A DNA stretch of 64,000 nt, taken from an uncultured Gemmatimonadales bacterium. Lineage in GTDB: Bacteria > Gemmatimonadota > Gemmatimonadetes > Longimicrobiales > Gaopeijiaceae. Each line of letters starts with the position of its first letter. The first letter of the stretch is position 1. The notes beneath the pieces are model-generated. The model had not been told where the DNA came from, made no database searches, and saw only the letters and a program-made list of their open reading frames with translations. Below, piece after piece: positions 19,562-30,416 of the stretch. Both the position numbers and the translations under genes were made by a program. Location of the stretch: NCBI GenBank assembly GCA_963823035.1, contig CAWGKG010000011.1:1-64000 (forward strand), read 5' to 3'.

Positions 19562-20930
19562 GTGTCACGATCGCGCCCCCTCCCGCTCGCCGCGGGCCTC
19601 CTCGCGCTTCTCCTCTCCCTTCCGTCCGCCGCCCGTGCGCAGGAGGTCGACGCCTACCGTGACGCCGCCAACCGCCTCATCGATGCGGCGACGGCCAACC
19701 ACGACGCCTACGCGCGCCTGGGCGGGCTCGTGGACGGCTTCGGCAGTCGGTTGTCGGGGTCGACGGCGCTGGAGGGGGCCATCGACTGGATCCTCGAGGA
19801 GATGCGTGCCGACGGGCTTCAGAACGTGCATGCCGAGAAGACGATGGTGCCGCACTGGGTCCGGGGTGAGGAGTCGGCCGAGCTGATCCTGCCGCGCTAC
19901 CGGAAGCTGCCGATGCTCGGCCTGGGCGGGAGCATCGCCACGCCGCCGGGGGGGATCCGGGCACAGGTGCTGGTGGTGGGCAGCTTCGACGAGCTGACGG
20001 CGCGCGCCGACGAGGCGCGCGGCCGGATCGTCCTCTTCGACGTACCCTTCACGAACTACGGCGAGACCGTGCAGTACCGCGGCAACGGGGCGATCGCGGC
20101 CGCACGCGTCGGGGCGGTCGCGAGCCTCATCCGCACGGTAGGGTCGGCGTCCATCCAGTCCCCGCATACGGGCGCGATGCGCTACGAGGAGGGGGTACCG
20201 AAGATCCCGCACGCCGCGATCACGGTCGAGGACGCCCAGATGCTGCACCGCATGCAGGAACGGGGCGAGCGCATCGAGGTGCTCCTGAAGATGCAGGCGC
20301 AGACGCTCCCCGACTCCCCGTCCCGGAACGTGATGGGGGAGATCACGGGCAGCGAGCACCCGGAGGAGGTGGTCGTCCTCGGCGGGCACATCGACTCGTG
20401 GGACGTGGGGCAGGGTGCGATGGACGACGGGGGCGGTGTGGTCGCCGCATGGGAGGCGGTTCGCCTCATCAAGGAGCTCGGGCTGAAGCCGCGGCGGACG
20501 ATTCGCGTGGTCGGCTGGGTGAACGAGGAGAACGGGGGCGCCGGAGGACGGCAGTACGCAGCGGACCACGCCGACGAGGAGCACGTGCTCGCCATCGAGT
20601 CCGACGAAGGGGTCTTCTCGCCCGAGGGGTTCGGCTTCACCGGCTCCGATCGCGCGTTCGACGTCGTGTCGCGCGTCGGCCGCCTCCTGGAGCGCATCGA
20701 CGCGGGCGCCGTGACGCGCGGGCGGCGGGGGCGCCGACATCGGCCCCCTCATGGAGACCGGCGTGCCCGGGATGGGCCTCGCCGTGGACGGCACACGGTA
20801 CTTCTGGTACCACCATTCCGACGGTGATACGCTGGACAAGCTCGACCCCGACGAGGTCGCGCGCTGCGTGGCGACGATGGCCGTGATGGCGTACGTGGTG
20901 GCCGACCTCCCGGAGGCGCTTCCGCGCTAG
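19562..20930 (+). CDS. M28 family peptidase (carboxypeptidase Q-like), frameshift near 20720
   Basis: Signal peptide; GSRLSGS, QSPHTG, GGHIDSWDVGQGAMDDGGG, NEENG, ESDEG; continues ADIGPL...YFWYHHSDGDTLDK in another frame. Confidence 0.9.
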
Positions 20931-20978
20931 TCGCACCGAGCTTGCTCCCGCGGTCCAGCGGGTTGGAGGACGCAGGTC

Positions 20979-23696
20979 ATGTCGAAGGGCGACGACCCGA
21001 GTCGGATCCAGCGTCCGATCCGCTCCGGCCTGTCCAAGGAGCTCGGTGCGCCACCCGTGGGCGACGTCGTTTCCGCGTCTCCCGTGGGGATCTCGGTCTA
21101 TGACGCGTCCGGGCGGTGCGTGATGGCCAACCAGGCGTCCGCGGACATCACCGGCGCCACCCTGGAGCAGGTTCGCGCGCAGAACTTCCACGACGTCGAG
21201 TCCTGGAAGCGCTCGGGCCTCTACGACCTCGCCCTCGAGGCGCTCCGGACCGGCACCATGCGGCGCCAGGATCTGAACACGCGGTCGAGCTTCGGCAAGC
21301 AAGTGCTCATCGACTGCCAGTTGGTGCCTCTCGGCGACGGCCAGCTGCTCCTGCTGATGCAAGACATCGCCGACCGCATGGGCGCCGAGATGGACGCACG
21401 GCGCTACCGGCGCTTGCTGGACGAGGCCGAGGCCCTGGCCGGGCTCGGCAGTTGGGAGCTGGACGTCGCCGCCGGCAAGGTCACGTGCTCGCGGGAGATG
21501 GCGCGCCTCTGGTCCGGGGAGGACAGCGAGGCAGCGGTGTTCGAGCGGGACGACATCATGCGGGTGGTCCATCCCGAAGACCTGGAGGCGCTCGGCGTCA
21601 CCGTCGGTCGAGCGATGGAGGCCGGGGCCCCCTTCCAGCACGAGTTCCGCATGACCGTCGCGGGTGTCGGTGAACGCCGGATCCTGGCTCGGGCCGTGGT
21701 GGAGCTGGACGAGGGCGGGCGGCCCGTCTTCGTGCGCGGTACGGCGCAGGACGTCACCGAGGCGCGTCGCATCGAGTCGGAGCTCCTTCGCCGCGAGCGC
21801 CTGCTCGACGGCATCATCGACCAGAACCCGTACTCCCTCTGGCTCTCGGACCAGGGGGGCACGCTCCTGCGGACCAATAGGGCCTGCCGCGACCTCCTCG
21901 GCATCCGGGACGAGGAGGTCGTGGGCAGATACAACGTGTTCGAGGACAACATCGTCCGCGAGCAAGGCATGATGCCTCGGGTCGCGGCGGTCTTCGATCG
22001 GGGGGAGACGGCCCGATTCGAGCTGGAGTACGACAGCGCGAACCTGGAAGGTCTGGTGCTGGAGCGTACGGTGGCTCGCTCCCTCGAGGTGACCATCGCG
22101 CCCGTGAAGGACGACCAGGGCCGGATCACCAACGCGGTGGTGATGCACCGGGACGTGACCCAGGAGAGGACGGCGGAGGACCGGCTGAAGCGGGCCAAGG
22201 AGTACGCGGAGAGGCTGGTCGAGTCCGCCAACGCCATGATCATCGTCCTCGACGCCGAGGGACGGATCCAGGTGTTCAATCGGGCTGCCGAAGAGCTGAC
22301 CGGCTACTCGCGGCAGGAGTTGGAGGGACGCGACTGGTTCGAGGTGCTGGTCCCCAAGGACCGCTATCCCCAGGTCTGGGAGGCGTTCCGGAAGGTCCCC
22401 GACGAGGGGATGCCCGCGTCCTTCGAGAACCCCATCGTCACCAGGTCGGGCGAAGAGCGCCACATCTCCTGGCGGAACACCGTCCTGCACGAGGGCGACC
22501 AGAGGGTCGGCACCATCTCCTTCGGCGTCGACATCACGGAGCGCAGGAGCCTGGAGGAGCAGCTACACCACGCGCGCCGCCTCGAGGCCATCGGTCAGCT
22601 CGCCGGCGGGGTCGCCCACGACTTCAACAACATGCTCAGCGTCATCCTCGGCCACGGCGAGCTGATGCGGTCTGGCTTGTCCGAGGGCGATCCTGCCCTC
22701 GAGCACCTCGACGAGATCGAGAAGGCGGGACGGCACGCACGCGACGTCACGCGGCAACTGCTGGCGTTCTCGCGCCGCCAGATCATCGCCCCCCGGACCG
22801 TCGACCTCAACGCGCTGGTGGCCCGGACCGTCGACACGCTGGCCACGCTCGTCGGCGAAGACATCACGCAGGCGTTCTTCCCGTGCGAGGATCTATGGCC
22901 GGTTCGCGTCGACCCCTCCCAGATCGACCAGATCCTCATCAACCTGGCGGTCAACGCGCGCGACGCCATGCCGAACGGCGGGAAGCTGACCATCGAGACC
23001 GCCAACGTCCACTTCGACGAGGCCTACTGCGCCACCCACGTCGAGTGCCCGCCCGGCCGCTACGTGCTTCTGGCGGTGGGCGACGACGGCGTCGGCATGG
23101 ACACCGTCACGCTCGAGCACGTGTTCGAGCCGTTCTACACCACCAAGGAGGTGGGCCAGGGCACGGGCCTGGGGCTCGCGACGGTCTATGGCATCGTCAA
23201 GCAGAACGGCGGGTTCATCGACGTATACAGCGAAGTGGGGCAGGGGACGGTCTTCAAGATCTACCTCCCCTGGTGCACCGACGCCGTGCAGGGCGTCACG
23301 CTGCCCCCCGACCCGCCCATCGCAGCCCGGTCCGGCACGATCCTCCTGGTGGAGGATGAGGAGCAGGTGCGCGCGATGACCGCGTCGATGCTCCGGCGTC
23401 TGGGCTTCTCCGTGGTCCCGGCGAAGGGTGGACAGGAGGCCCTCGCGTACCTGGAGGATGACGGCGCGCCCCTCGATCTGCTCGTGTCGGACGTGGTCAT
23501 GCCCGAGATGAACGGCCCCCAGCTGCACGCCCGCGTCCGTGCGCTCCGGCCGGGCACGAAGGTGGTGTTCATGTCCGGCTACACCGAGAACGTCGTGGTG
23601 CGTAACGGCGTGCTCGAGGAGGATGTCTGCTTCCTCCAGAAGCCGTTCTCCCTTCCCGAGCTCGGTCGGGTGATCCGCGAGGCCCTGGGGGACTGA
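20979..23696 (+). CDS. Multi-PAS hybrid sensor histidine kinase/response regulator
   Basis: Four PAS-like repeats, GGVAHDFNNML, NLAVNARDAM, GTGLGL, C-terminal REC (LLVEDE, SDVVMP, QKPF). Confidence 0.93.
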   Translation: MSKGDDPSRIQRPIRSGLSKELGAPPVGDVVSASPVGISVYDASGRCVMANQASADITGATLEQVRAQNFHDVESWKRSGLYDLALEALRTGTMRRQDLNTRSSFGKQVLIDCQLVPLGDGQLLLLMQDIADRMGAEMDARRYRRLLDEAEALAGLGSWELDVAAGKVTCSREMARLWSGEDSEAAVFERDDIMRVVHPEDLEALGVTVGRAMEAGAPFQHEFRMTVAGVGERRILARAVVELDEGGRPVFVRGTAQDVTEARRIESELLRRERLLDGIIDQNPYSLWLSDQGGTLLRTNRACRDLLGIRDEEVVGRYNVFEDNIVREQGMMPRVAAVFDRGETARFELEYDSANLEGLVLERTVARSLEVTIAPVKDDQGRITNAVVMHRDVTQERTAEDRLKRAKEYAERLVESANAMIIVLDAEGRIQVFNRAAEELTGYSRQELEGRDWFEVLVPKDRYPQVWEAFRKVPDEGMPASFENPIVTRSGEERHISWRNTVLHEGDQRVGTISFGVDITERRSLEEQLHHARRLEAIGQLAGGVAHDFNNMLSVILGHGELMRSGLSEGDPALEHLDEIEKAGRHARDVTRQLLAFSRRQIIAPRTVDLNALVARTVDTLATLVGEDITQAFFPCEDLWPVRVDPSQIDQILINLAVNARDAMPNGGKLTIETANVHFDEAYCATHVECPPGRYVLLAVGDDGVGMDTVTLEHVFEPFYTTKEVGQGTGLGLATVYGIVKQNGGFIDVYSEVGQGTVFKIYLPWCTDAVQGVTLPPDPPIAARSGTILLVEDEEQVRAMTASMLRRLGFSVVPAKGGQEALAYLEDDGAPLDLLVSDVVMPEMNGPQLHARVRALRPGTKVVFMSGYTENVVVRNGVLEEDVCFLQKPFSLPELGRVIREALGD

Positions 23697-23792
23697 GGGA
23701 GCCGGCGCCCGACGCGGACGACCCGTCCGCTTCACCGTGGCGAACGTGCCGCGGAAGTTGCATCCTGGAAAGAACCCCAGCGGAGAGGCACG

Positions 23793-24282
23793 ATGGCCAG
23801 TTCCCTGATCGACCGCATGAAAGGCGCTGCCCTGCTGAACGTCGACACGTTCGAGGAGGTCGAGCACGATGCGGACGCCACCCTGCAGGCGGCCGCCGTG
23901 GTCGCGATGGTCGCGGTGGCCTCGGCGATCGGGGCGTCTCCGCTCGGAGCCTTCGGCGCGATTCGTGGGGCCCTGGCCGCGCTGGTCGGTTGGCTCATCT
24001 GGGCGGGCATCACCTACCTGGTGGGCGACAAGCTCTTCGGCGGTACGGCGACCTGGGGCGAGCTGCTGCGCACGCTCGGCTTCGCGCAGGCGCCGGGCGT
24101 GCTCCTCGTGCTCGGCTTCCTTCCCGCTCGTGGGGTGGATGCTCCACATCGTCGTCCCCATCTGGATGCTCGCGGCGGCGTTCATCGCGATCCGGCAGGC
24201 GCTCGACTTCGGCAACGAGAAGACGCTGGGCACGGTGCTCGTGGGCTGGCTCTGCTACACGGTGCTTTCGGTCGCTTTCTAG
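23793..24282 (+). CDS. YIP1-like membrane protein (frameshift near 24125)
   Basis: TFEEVEHDADATLQAA...ELLRTLGFAQAPG joined to IWMLAAAFIAIRQALDF. Confidence 0.75.
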
Positions 24283-24390
24283 GAAGGGACCCCTCGGCGC
24301 TCACTTGACGCGCCCGCGGCCGGCCGCGGAGCTTGGGGGACCCGCCGGCCCGAGGGCCGGCTCCTGCTGCCCGCACGCCCGGACGACGTC

Positions 24391-26630
24391 ATGGAGTTCG
24401 GCTGGAACCCGTCGACGTGGGTCTCGCTCAAGCCGTTCGGTCTGGGTGAGGAGAAGCCCCACCACTTCCGCGACATGGCGCGCATCTGGTGGGAGAACCG
24501 GGACGAGCTCGAGTACGCGATGCGCATCCTTCGCGACGGCGTGTGCGACGGCTGCGCGCTGGGAACGACGGGGCTGCGGGACTTCACCCTGGACGGCGTG
24601 CACCTGTGCACGGTGCGCCTCGAGCTTCTCCGCCTGAACACGGCGGGCCCCCTCGATCCCCACTGGCTGACCCGGCTCGACGAGCTCGATCGCATGTCGG
24701 GCGACGCCCTCCGGAAGCTCGGACGCATCCCCTTCCCGATGGTCCGACGCCGCGGCGAGGACGCCTTCCGCCGCCTGTCGTGGGACGAGGTGCTGGACCT
24801 CCTCGCCGACCGCCTGCGGGAGACCGACCCGCACCGGCTCGCCTTCTATCTGACCTCGCGCGGCATCACGAACGAGGTCTACTACGGCGTGCAGAAGGCC
24901 GCACGCTTCCTCGGCACGAACAACGTCGACAACTCGGCCCGCATCTGCCACGCACCGAGCACCACCACGCTCAAGCGCTCGCTGGGCGTGGCCGCGTCCA
25001 CCTGCTCGTACACGGACTGGCTCGGCACCGACCTCCTGGTCTTCTTCGGCTCGCACGTGGCGAACAACCAGCCCGTGGCGACCAAGTACATGTACCGCGC
25101 GAAGGAGCTCGGCACGCGCATCGCCGTGGTGAACTCCCTGCGCGAGCCGGCGATGGAGCGCTACTGGATCCCGTCGATCTTCGACTCCGCGCTCTTCGGG
25201 ACGAAGCTCGCCGACGACTTCGTACAGGTGCACCAGGGTGGGGACGTCGCCTTCCTGAACGGCGTGCTCAAGCACCTGATCGCCACCGGCGGGATCGAAC
25301 CGGCCCTTCGTCGAGGCGCACACGACGGGCTTCGACGCGGTGGAGGCCGCGCTCGCGGAGCAGACCTGGGAGGAGCTCGAGGCCTTCAGCGGGGCGAGCC
25401 GAGCGGACGATGGCCCGCTTCGCCGAGCTGGTGGCCGGCGCCGAGCGGGCCGTGTTCGTGTGGAGCATGGGGATCACGCAGCACCGCTTCGGCGTGGACA
25501 ACGTCCAGGCGATCGTGAACCTGGCGCTGGCGCGAGGCTTCGTGGGTCGCGAGAAGTGCGGACTCATGCCGATCCGCGGGCACTCCGGCGTGCAGGGCGG
25601 CGCCGAGGTGGGCGCCGTTCCGTGGTCGTTCCCGGGCGGGCGCGCCGTGGGGCCGGAGACGGCGGCGGACATGAGCGCCCTGTGGGGCTTCGACGTCCCG
25701 GACTGGCGCGGCCTGTCCGCGGTGGAGACGGTGCACGCCGCCCACCGGGGGGAGGTCGACGTGCTCTGGGCGATCGGCGGGGACTACCTGGGTACGCTCC
25801 CGGATCCCGTCTACTGCCGCGAGGCGTTGGAGCGCGTTCCGCTCCGCGTGCACCAGGACATCGTCCTCTCGCGCCAGATGCTCGTCGAACCGGCCGACCT
25901 GGTCGTCCTCCTCCCGGCCACCACACGCTACGAGCAGCCCGGCGGCGGCACGGAGACCTCCACGGAGCGGCGCATCCTCTTCAGCCCGGAGATCCCCGGG
26001 CGGCGCATCGCGGAGGCGCGCACCGAGTGGCAGGTGCTGACCGAGCTCGCGGCGCGCGTCCACCCGGATCGTGCCGATGCGATCGGCTTCGGCTCGGCGG
26101 CGGCCGTGCGCGCCGACATCGCGAGGGCGGTGCCCGCCTACGACGGGATCCAGCGCCTCGCGCACAAGGGGGACCAGGTGCAGTGGGGCGGCCCCCGGCT
26201 GTGCGAGGGCGGGCGCTTCGGCTTCCCCGACGGTCGCGCGCGCCTCCACCCCGTCGCTCCCCCGGAGCTCGGTATCCCGGAAGGGCGCTTCCATCTGACG
26301 ACGCGCCGCGGGAAACAGTTCAACTCGATGGTCCAGGCGGAGCGCGATCCCCTCACGGGCGGGCTGCGCGACCACGTCTTCATGGCGGAGGCGGACGCGC
26401 GTCGCCTGGGGCTGTCCGAGGGCGACCCGGTCACGCTGCGCTCGTCCGTCGGCGTCTTCCACGGCCGCTGCCGCGTCGCCCCGCTCAAGGAGCGCAACCT
26501 CCAGCTCTTCTGGCCCGAGGCGAACCCGCTCATCCGCCGGGACGTGGTGGAGCCCCAGTGCGGCATCCCGGATTTCACCGCCGTGGTCGAGGTCGTTCCC
26601 GGGCACGCCGGTGCCGAGGCCGCGGACTGA
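24391..26630 (+). CDS. FdhF/YdeP family molybdopterin oxidoreductase (2 frameshifts near 25305 and 25405)
   Basis: [58 protein letters not shown]. Confidence 0.9.
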
Positions 26631-26645
26631 GCCGATGACCCGCCC

Positions 26646-27488
26646 ATGATGGGTCGGCGTGGCGCGACGCGCGCCGTCCGGATCCGCCGCTACCGGGACG
26701 CGAGCGCGCAGTCGGAGAAGGACACCGTCGCGATCGAGGAGCCTCTCGAGATCCGCGTCTCCTGGCAAGACGCCGACCGAGGGCCGACCACGGAGACGGT
26801 CGCGGTGACCATGCGCACGCCCGGCGACGACTTCGACCTCGTGGCGGGCTTCCTCTTCGGCGAGGGGCTGGTGGGCGATCCCGTGGAGCTCCAGGAGCTC
26901 ACCTACTGCTCCAGCGGCGAACAGCGCTACAACGTGGTCGAGGCGCACCTCCGCGCGGGCGTGACCTTCGACCTCGAGCGCATCCGCAGGAACTTCTACA
27001 CGACCTCGAGCTGCGGCGTGTGCGGCAAGGCATCGCTGGAAGCCGTGGCGGCACAGGGGTGTGCCGCCCTCCCCGGCGGTTTCCGGGCCCCGGCCTCGCT
27101 GCTGGCTCGACTCCCCGCGCTCCTCGGGGAAGGGCAGGGCGTCTTCCAGCGCACGGGAGGGCTGCACGCCGCGGCGCTCTTCGACGTGGACGGGCGCTGC
27201 CGGGTCCTGCGCGAGGACGTGGGGCGGCACAACGCGGTGGACAAGGCGATCGGACAGACGTTCCTGCGGCGCGGCCTCCCGGCCGCAGAGCGCATCCTCG
27301 TGGTCAGCGGCCGCGCATCGTTCGAGATCGTGCAGAAGGCCGTGGCGGCCGGCGTCCCGATGGTGGTGGCGGTCGGGGCGCCGTCGAGCCTCGCGGTGGA
27401 GCTGGCCACGCGCTTCGACCAGACGCTGATGGGCTTCGCGCGCGACGGTGGCTTCAACGCGTACGCCTCGCCGGAGCGGATCGCGTGA
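26646..27488 (+). CDS. fdhD: Formate dehydrogenase accessory sulfurtransferase
   Basis: EEPLEI, MRTPGDD, SSCGVCG, TGGLHAA, EDVGRHNAVDK, SGRASFE. Confidence 0.93.
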   Translation: MMGRRGATRAVRIRRYRDASAQSEKDTVAIEEPLEIRVSWQDADRGPTTETVAVTMRTPGDDFDLVAGFLFGEGLVGDPVELQELTYCSSGEQRYNVVEAHLRAGVTFDLERIRRNFYTTSSCGVCGKASLEAVAAQGCAALPGGFRAPASLLARLPALLGEGQGVFQRTGGLHAAALFDVDGRCRVLREDVGRHNAVDKAIGQTFLRRGLPAAERILVVSGRASFEIVQKAVAAGVPMVVAVGAPSSLAVELATRFDQTLMGFARDGGFNAYASPERIA

Positions 27489-28102
27489 GGGGCCGGGTGC
27501 GCCTGCTCGGCGCCGTCCTCGCCGGGGGAGAGGGGCGCCGCTTCGGCGCGCCCAAGGCCGACGCGACGGTCGACGGCGTATCGCTGGTGCGCAGGGCCGT
27601 GGAGGCGCTCGCGGAGGCGGTCGGTACGGTGGTGGTGGTATCGAGCCGCCCGGTAGCGGACGCTCCCGTGGAGGTGCTGGAGGACGCCGTACCCGGTGGG
27701 GGTCCGCTCGCGGGGCTGGCGAGCGCGCTCGACGCGGCCGCCGCGCGTGGGATGGACGGCGTCCTTCTCCTCGCCTGCGACCTGCCCCTGGTGGGCCCGG
27801 GGACGCTCCGAGGCGTGCGCGACGCGCTCGCCGACCATCGGGCCGTGGCGCCGAAGCGCGCGGGCGGGATCGAGCCGCTGTGTGCCGCGTGGGCGGTGAC
27901 CGTGCGCGAAGCCGCCGCGGCGCGGCTGGCTTCACCCGACCGCTCGCTGCACGCGCTCTTCCGCGAGGTGGGGGGCGTGGCGCTCGACCGGGCGGCGCTC
28001 GCGGACGCCGGCGAGGAGGCCTTTCTCAACGTGAACACGCCCGGCGACCGTGACCGGGCCGAGGCGGCGCTGAAGGCGCGGAAGGGCGAGGGCGAGGGAT
28101 GA
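27485..28102 (+). CDS. mobA: Molybdenum cofactor guanylyltransferase
   Basis: LAGGEGRRFGAPKA, GPLAGL, LACDLP, EPLCA, FLNVNTP. Confidence 0.9.
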   Translation: MRGRVRLLGAVLAGGEGRRFGAPKADATVDGVSLVRRAVEALAEAVGTVVVVSSRPVADAPVEVLEDAVPGGGPLAGLASALDAAAARGMDGVLLLACDLPLVGPGTLRGVRDALADHRAVAPKRAGGIEPLCAAWAVTVREAAAARLASPDRSLHALFREVGGVALDRAALADAGEEAFLNVNTPGDRDRAEAALKARKGEGEG

Positions 28103-28635
28103 GCGCGATGCCACCGGCGGTTTGTGTGATCGGCAAGAAGAAGTCGGGGAAGACCGTCACGACGGTGGGGCTGGTCCGCGAGCTCTCCCAGCGCGGCCGC
28201 CGCGTCATGAGCGCCAAGCACGGGCGTCACTTCCGCCTCGACACCGAAGGCACCGACTCCTGGCGGCACCGGCACGAGGCCGGAGCCGAGCGCGTGGTGG
28301 TGGCCGGCCCGGACGAGCTCGCGATCATGGGGCTCTGGGGCGAGGGGGGCGAGGAGCCGCTGGAGTCGTTGATCGCGCGCTACCTGCACGACGCGGAGGT
28401 CGTGGTGGCCGAGGGCTTCAAGACCTCGTCGGCCGCGAAGATCGAAGTGTTCCGGCGGGCGGCACACGAGCGTCCGCTCTACGGCTCGAATCCCGAGACG
28501 GACGCCCGGTACCTGGCGATCCTGACGGACGTGCCCGACTTCGAGGCGCACGTGCCCGTGCTGGACGTGGACGATCCCCTCAGATTCATCCTCCTCGCCG
28601 ACATGGTGGAGGAGCGCTTCTTCGGAGGAGGGTGA
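28099..28635 (+). CDS. mobB: Molybdopterin-guanine dinucleotide biosynthesis protein B
   Basis: GKKKSGKT P-loop, KHGRHFRLDTEGTDSWRH, EGFK. Confidence 0.9.
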   Translation: MSAMPPAVCVIGKKKSGKTVTTVGLVRELSQRGRRVMSAKHGRHFRLDTEGTDSWRHRHEAGAERVVVAGPDELAIMGLWGEGGEEPLESLIARYLHDAEVVVAEGFKTSSAAKIEVFRRAAHERPLYGSNPETDARYLAILTDVPDFEAHVPVLDVDDPLRFILLADMVEERFFGGG

Positions 28636-28637
28636 CG

Positions 28638-29810
28638 ATGGCGACGCATGCCCCGGTCCTGGACGGCTCCGCCGTCGAGTCCGCGCGGGCGACCGCACCG
28701 CCCCTGGTGGATCGTGGGCGCTTGCTGTCGCTGGACGCCTTCCGCGGGCTGACCATCGCCGGGATGATCCTGGTCAACAATCCGGGGAGCTGGAGCTACG
28801 TCTACGCGCCGCTCGAGCACGCCCCCTGGCACGGGTGGACGCCGACGGACCTGATCTTCCCGTACTTCCTCTTCATCGTCGGCGTGGCGATTCCCTTCTC
28901 CTTCCGCCGGCGGCTCGCCGAGGGGGCGGGGCGGGGCGGCCTGTTCGCACACGTGGTGCGCCGCGCGCTGATCATCGTCGCGCTCGGGACGTTCATGCGC
29001 GTCTTTCCCGGCTTCCACTTCTCCGGCATCCGCTGGCCGGGCGTCCTGCAGCGCATCGGCGTGGTGTACCTGGCCGCGGCGGGTCTGTACCTCGGCGTCG
29101 GTCGGAAGGGTCGCGTCGCGTGGACGGCCGTGCTCCTCCTCGGCTACTGGGCCGCGATGTCGTGGGTGCCCGTGCCGGGCTACGGGGCGGGAGATCTCTC
29201 TCCGGAAGGGAACCTGGCGGCGTGGGTGGACCGCGCGCTGATGGGGGGCCACCTCTACCAGGGCACGTGGGATCCGGAGGGGCTCCTCTCGAGCTTCCCG
29301 GCGGTGGCGACCACCCTGTTGGGGATCTTCGCGGGGGAGTGGCTCCTGTCGGGTCGGCCCCGACCGCAGCTGTCACGGGGGCTGCTGGCGGCCGGCGTGC
29401 TGCTCACGCCCCTCGGCATGGCATGGGGCCTGCTCTTCCCGATCAACAAGAACCTGTGGACGAGCTCGTACGTGGTCTTCACCGCCGGCACGGCGCTCCT
29501 GCTCTTCGGCGCGCTCTTCCACCTCGTGGACGTGCGCGGCCGCACGGGTGCCTGGCTCACCCCGCTGCTCGTGTACGGCTCGAACGCGATCGCCGTGTTC
29601 GTGCTCTCGGGTCTCGTGACCAGGATGATGGTGCTCGTCCATGTCGGTGGACCCGACGGTCCCTCCGTCTACGGCTGGATCTACCAGACCCTGTTCCGGT
29701 CGTGGGCGGGCGACTACAACGGCTCCCTGGCGTTCGCCTTGGCCTACGTGGCGCTGTGGTGGGGCGCGATGGCGCTTCTCTACCGGCGGCGGATCTTCAT
29801 CAAGGTCTGA
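28638..29810 (+). CDS. Heparan-alpha-glucosaminide N-acetyltransferase-like membrane protein
   Basis: RLLSLDAFRGLTIAGMILVNNPG, TDLIFPYFLFIVG, GVLQRI, DPEGLLS, PINKNLWTSSY. Confidence 0.9.
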   Translation: MATHAPVLDGSAVESARATAPPLVDRGRLLSLDAFRGLTIAGMILVNNPGSWSYVYAPLEHAPWHGWTPTDLIFPYFLFIVGVAIPFSFRRRLAEGAGRGGLFAHVVRRALIIVALGTFMRVFPGFHFSGIRWPGVLQRIGVVYLAAAGLYLGVGRKGRVAWTAVLLLGYWAAMSWVPVPGYGAGDLSPEGNLAAWVDRALMGGHLYQGTWDPEGLLSSFPAVATTLLGIFAGEWLLSGRPRPQLSRGLLAAGVLLTPLGMAWGLLFPINKNLWTSSYVVFTAGTALLLFGALFHLVDVRGRTGAWLTPLLVYGSNAIAVFVLSGLVTRMMVLVHVGGPDGPSVYGWIYQTLFRSWAGDYNGSLAFALAYVALWWGAMALLYRRRIFIKV

Positions 29811-29889
29811 GAGAAGCGACGTCCCGGGCGGCTTGCCGCTCCTTCGACCTCGACGCAAGTTGACCCGTCCCCGACCCCGACCCCGAGCG

Positions 29890-30406
29890 ATGAACCGACC
29901 GGCGACCCTCCTCCTGGCGGCCCTCGTGGCCGCAGCCACCGCGTGTGCCTCCCAGGGCTCCGGGGGCACTCCGGACGCTTCCCCGACGCCTGCGGGCGGG
30001 GGGGCCACGTCCTCGCCAGCCGCGGCCGCACCGGCTGCCGCCGACGCTTCGGCCGGGCTGTTCACGGAGGAGCAGGCGTCCCGCGGGCGCGGCGGCCTTC
30101 CGCGCGACGTGCGCGGAATGCCACTACTCCAGCGAGTTCCGCGACGCCCAGTTCAAGTTCAAGTGGGGAAAGCGGACGGTCGCCGAGCTCTATCGCAACA
30201 TCGTCGAGAACATGCCGGACGACGCTCCCGGCAGCCTCCCCCCGCAGCAGTACGTGGACGTCGTCACCTACATCCTGCAGCTCAACGGCTTCCCCCCGGG
30301 CGCCCGCGAGCTGACCCGGGACGAGGAGAGGATGGGCGCAACCACCCTCGTGGCCCCTTCGGGCCAGAGCGAGCCTCGGCCGCGGAGGCTCCCCAACACC
30401 CCCTGA
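29890..30406 (+). CDS. Monoheme cytochrome c lipoprotein (frameshift near 30090)
   Basis: Lipobox ATAC; FTEEQASRG joined to CAECH...NMPDDAPGSL...YILQLNGFPPG. Confidence 0.85.
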
Positions 30407-30416
30407 GGAGGTTCTG

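Noticed and set aside
20931..20946. Sigma54-like site TCGCACC-GAGC-TTGCT (and TGCCGCG-GAAG-TTGCA at 23747-23762)
   Set aside because: Both lack the invariant -24 GG dinucleotide.
24900..24970. Selenocysteine recoding in the FdhF-like gene
   Set aside because: The active-site codon is TGC (Cys) and there is no in-frame TGA.
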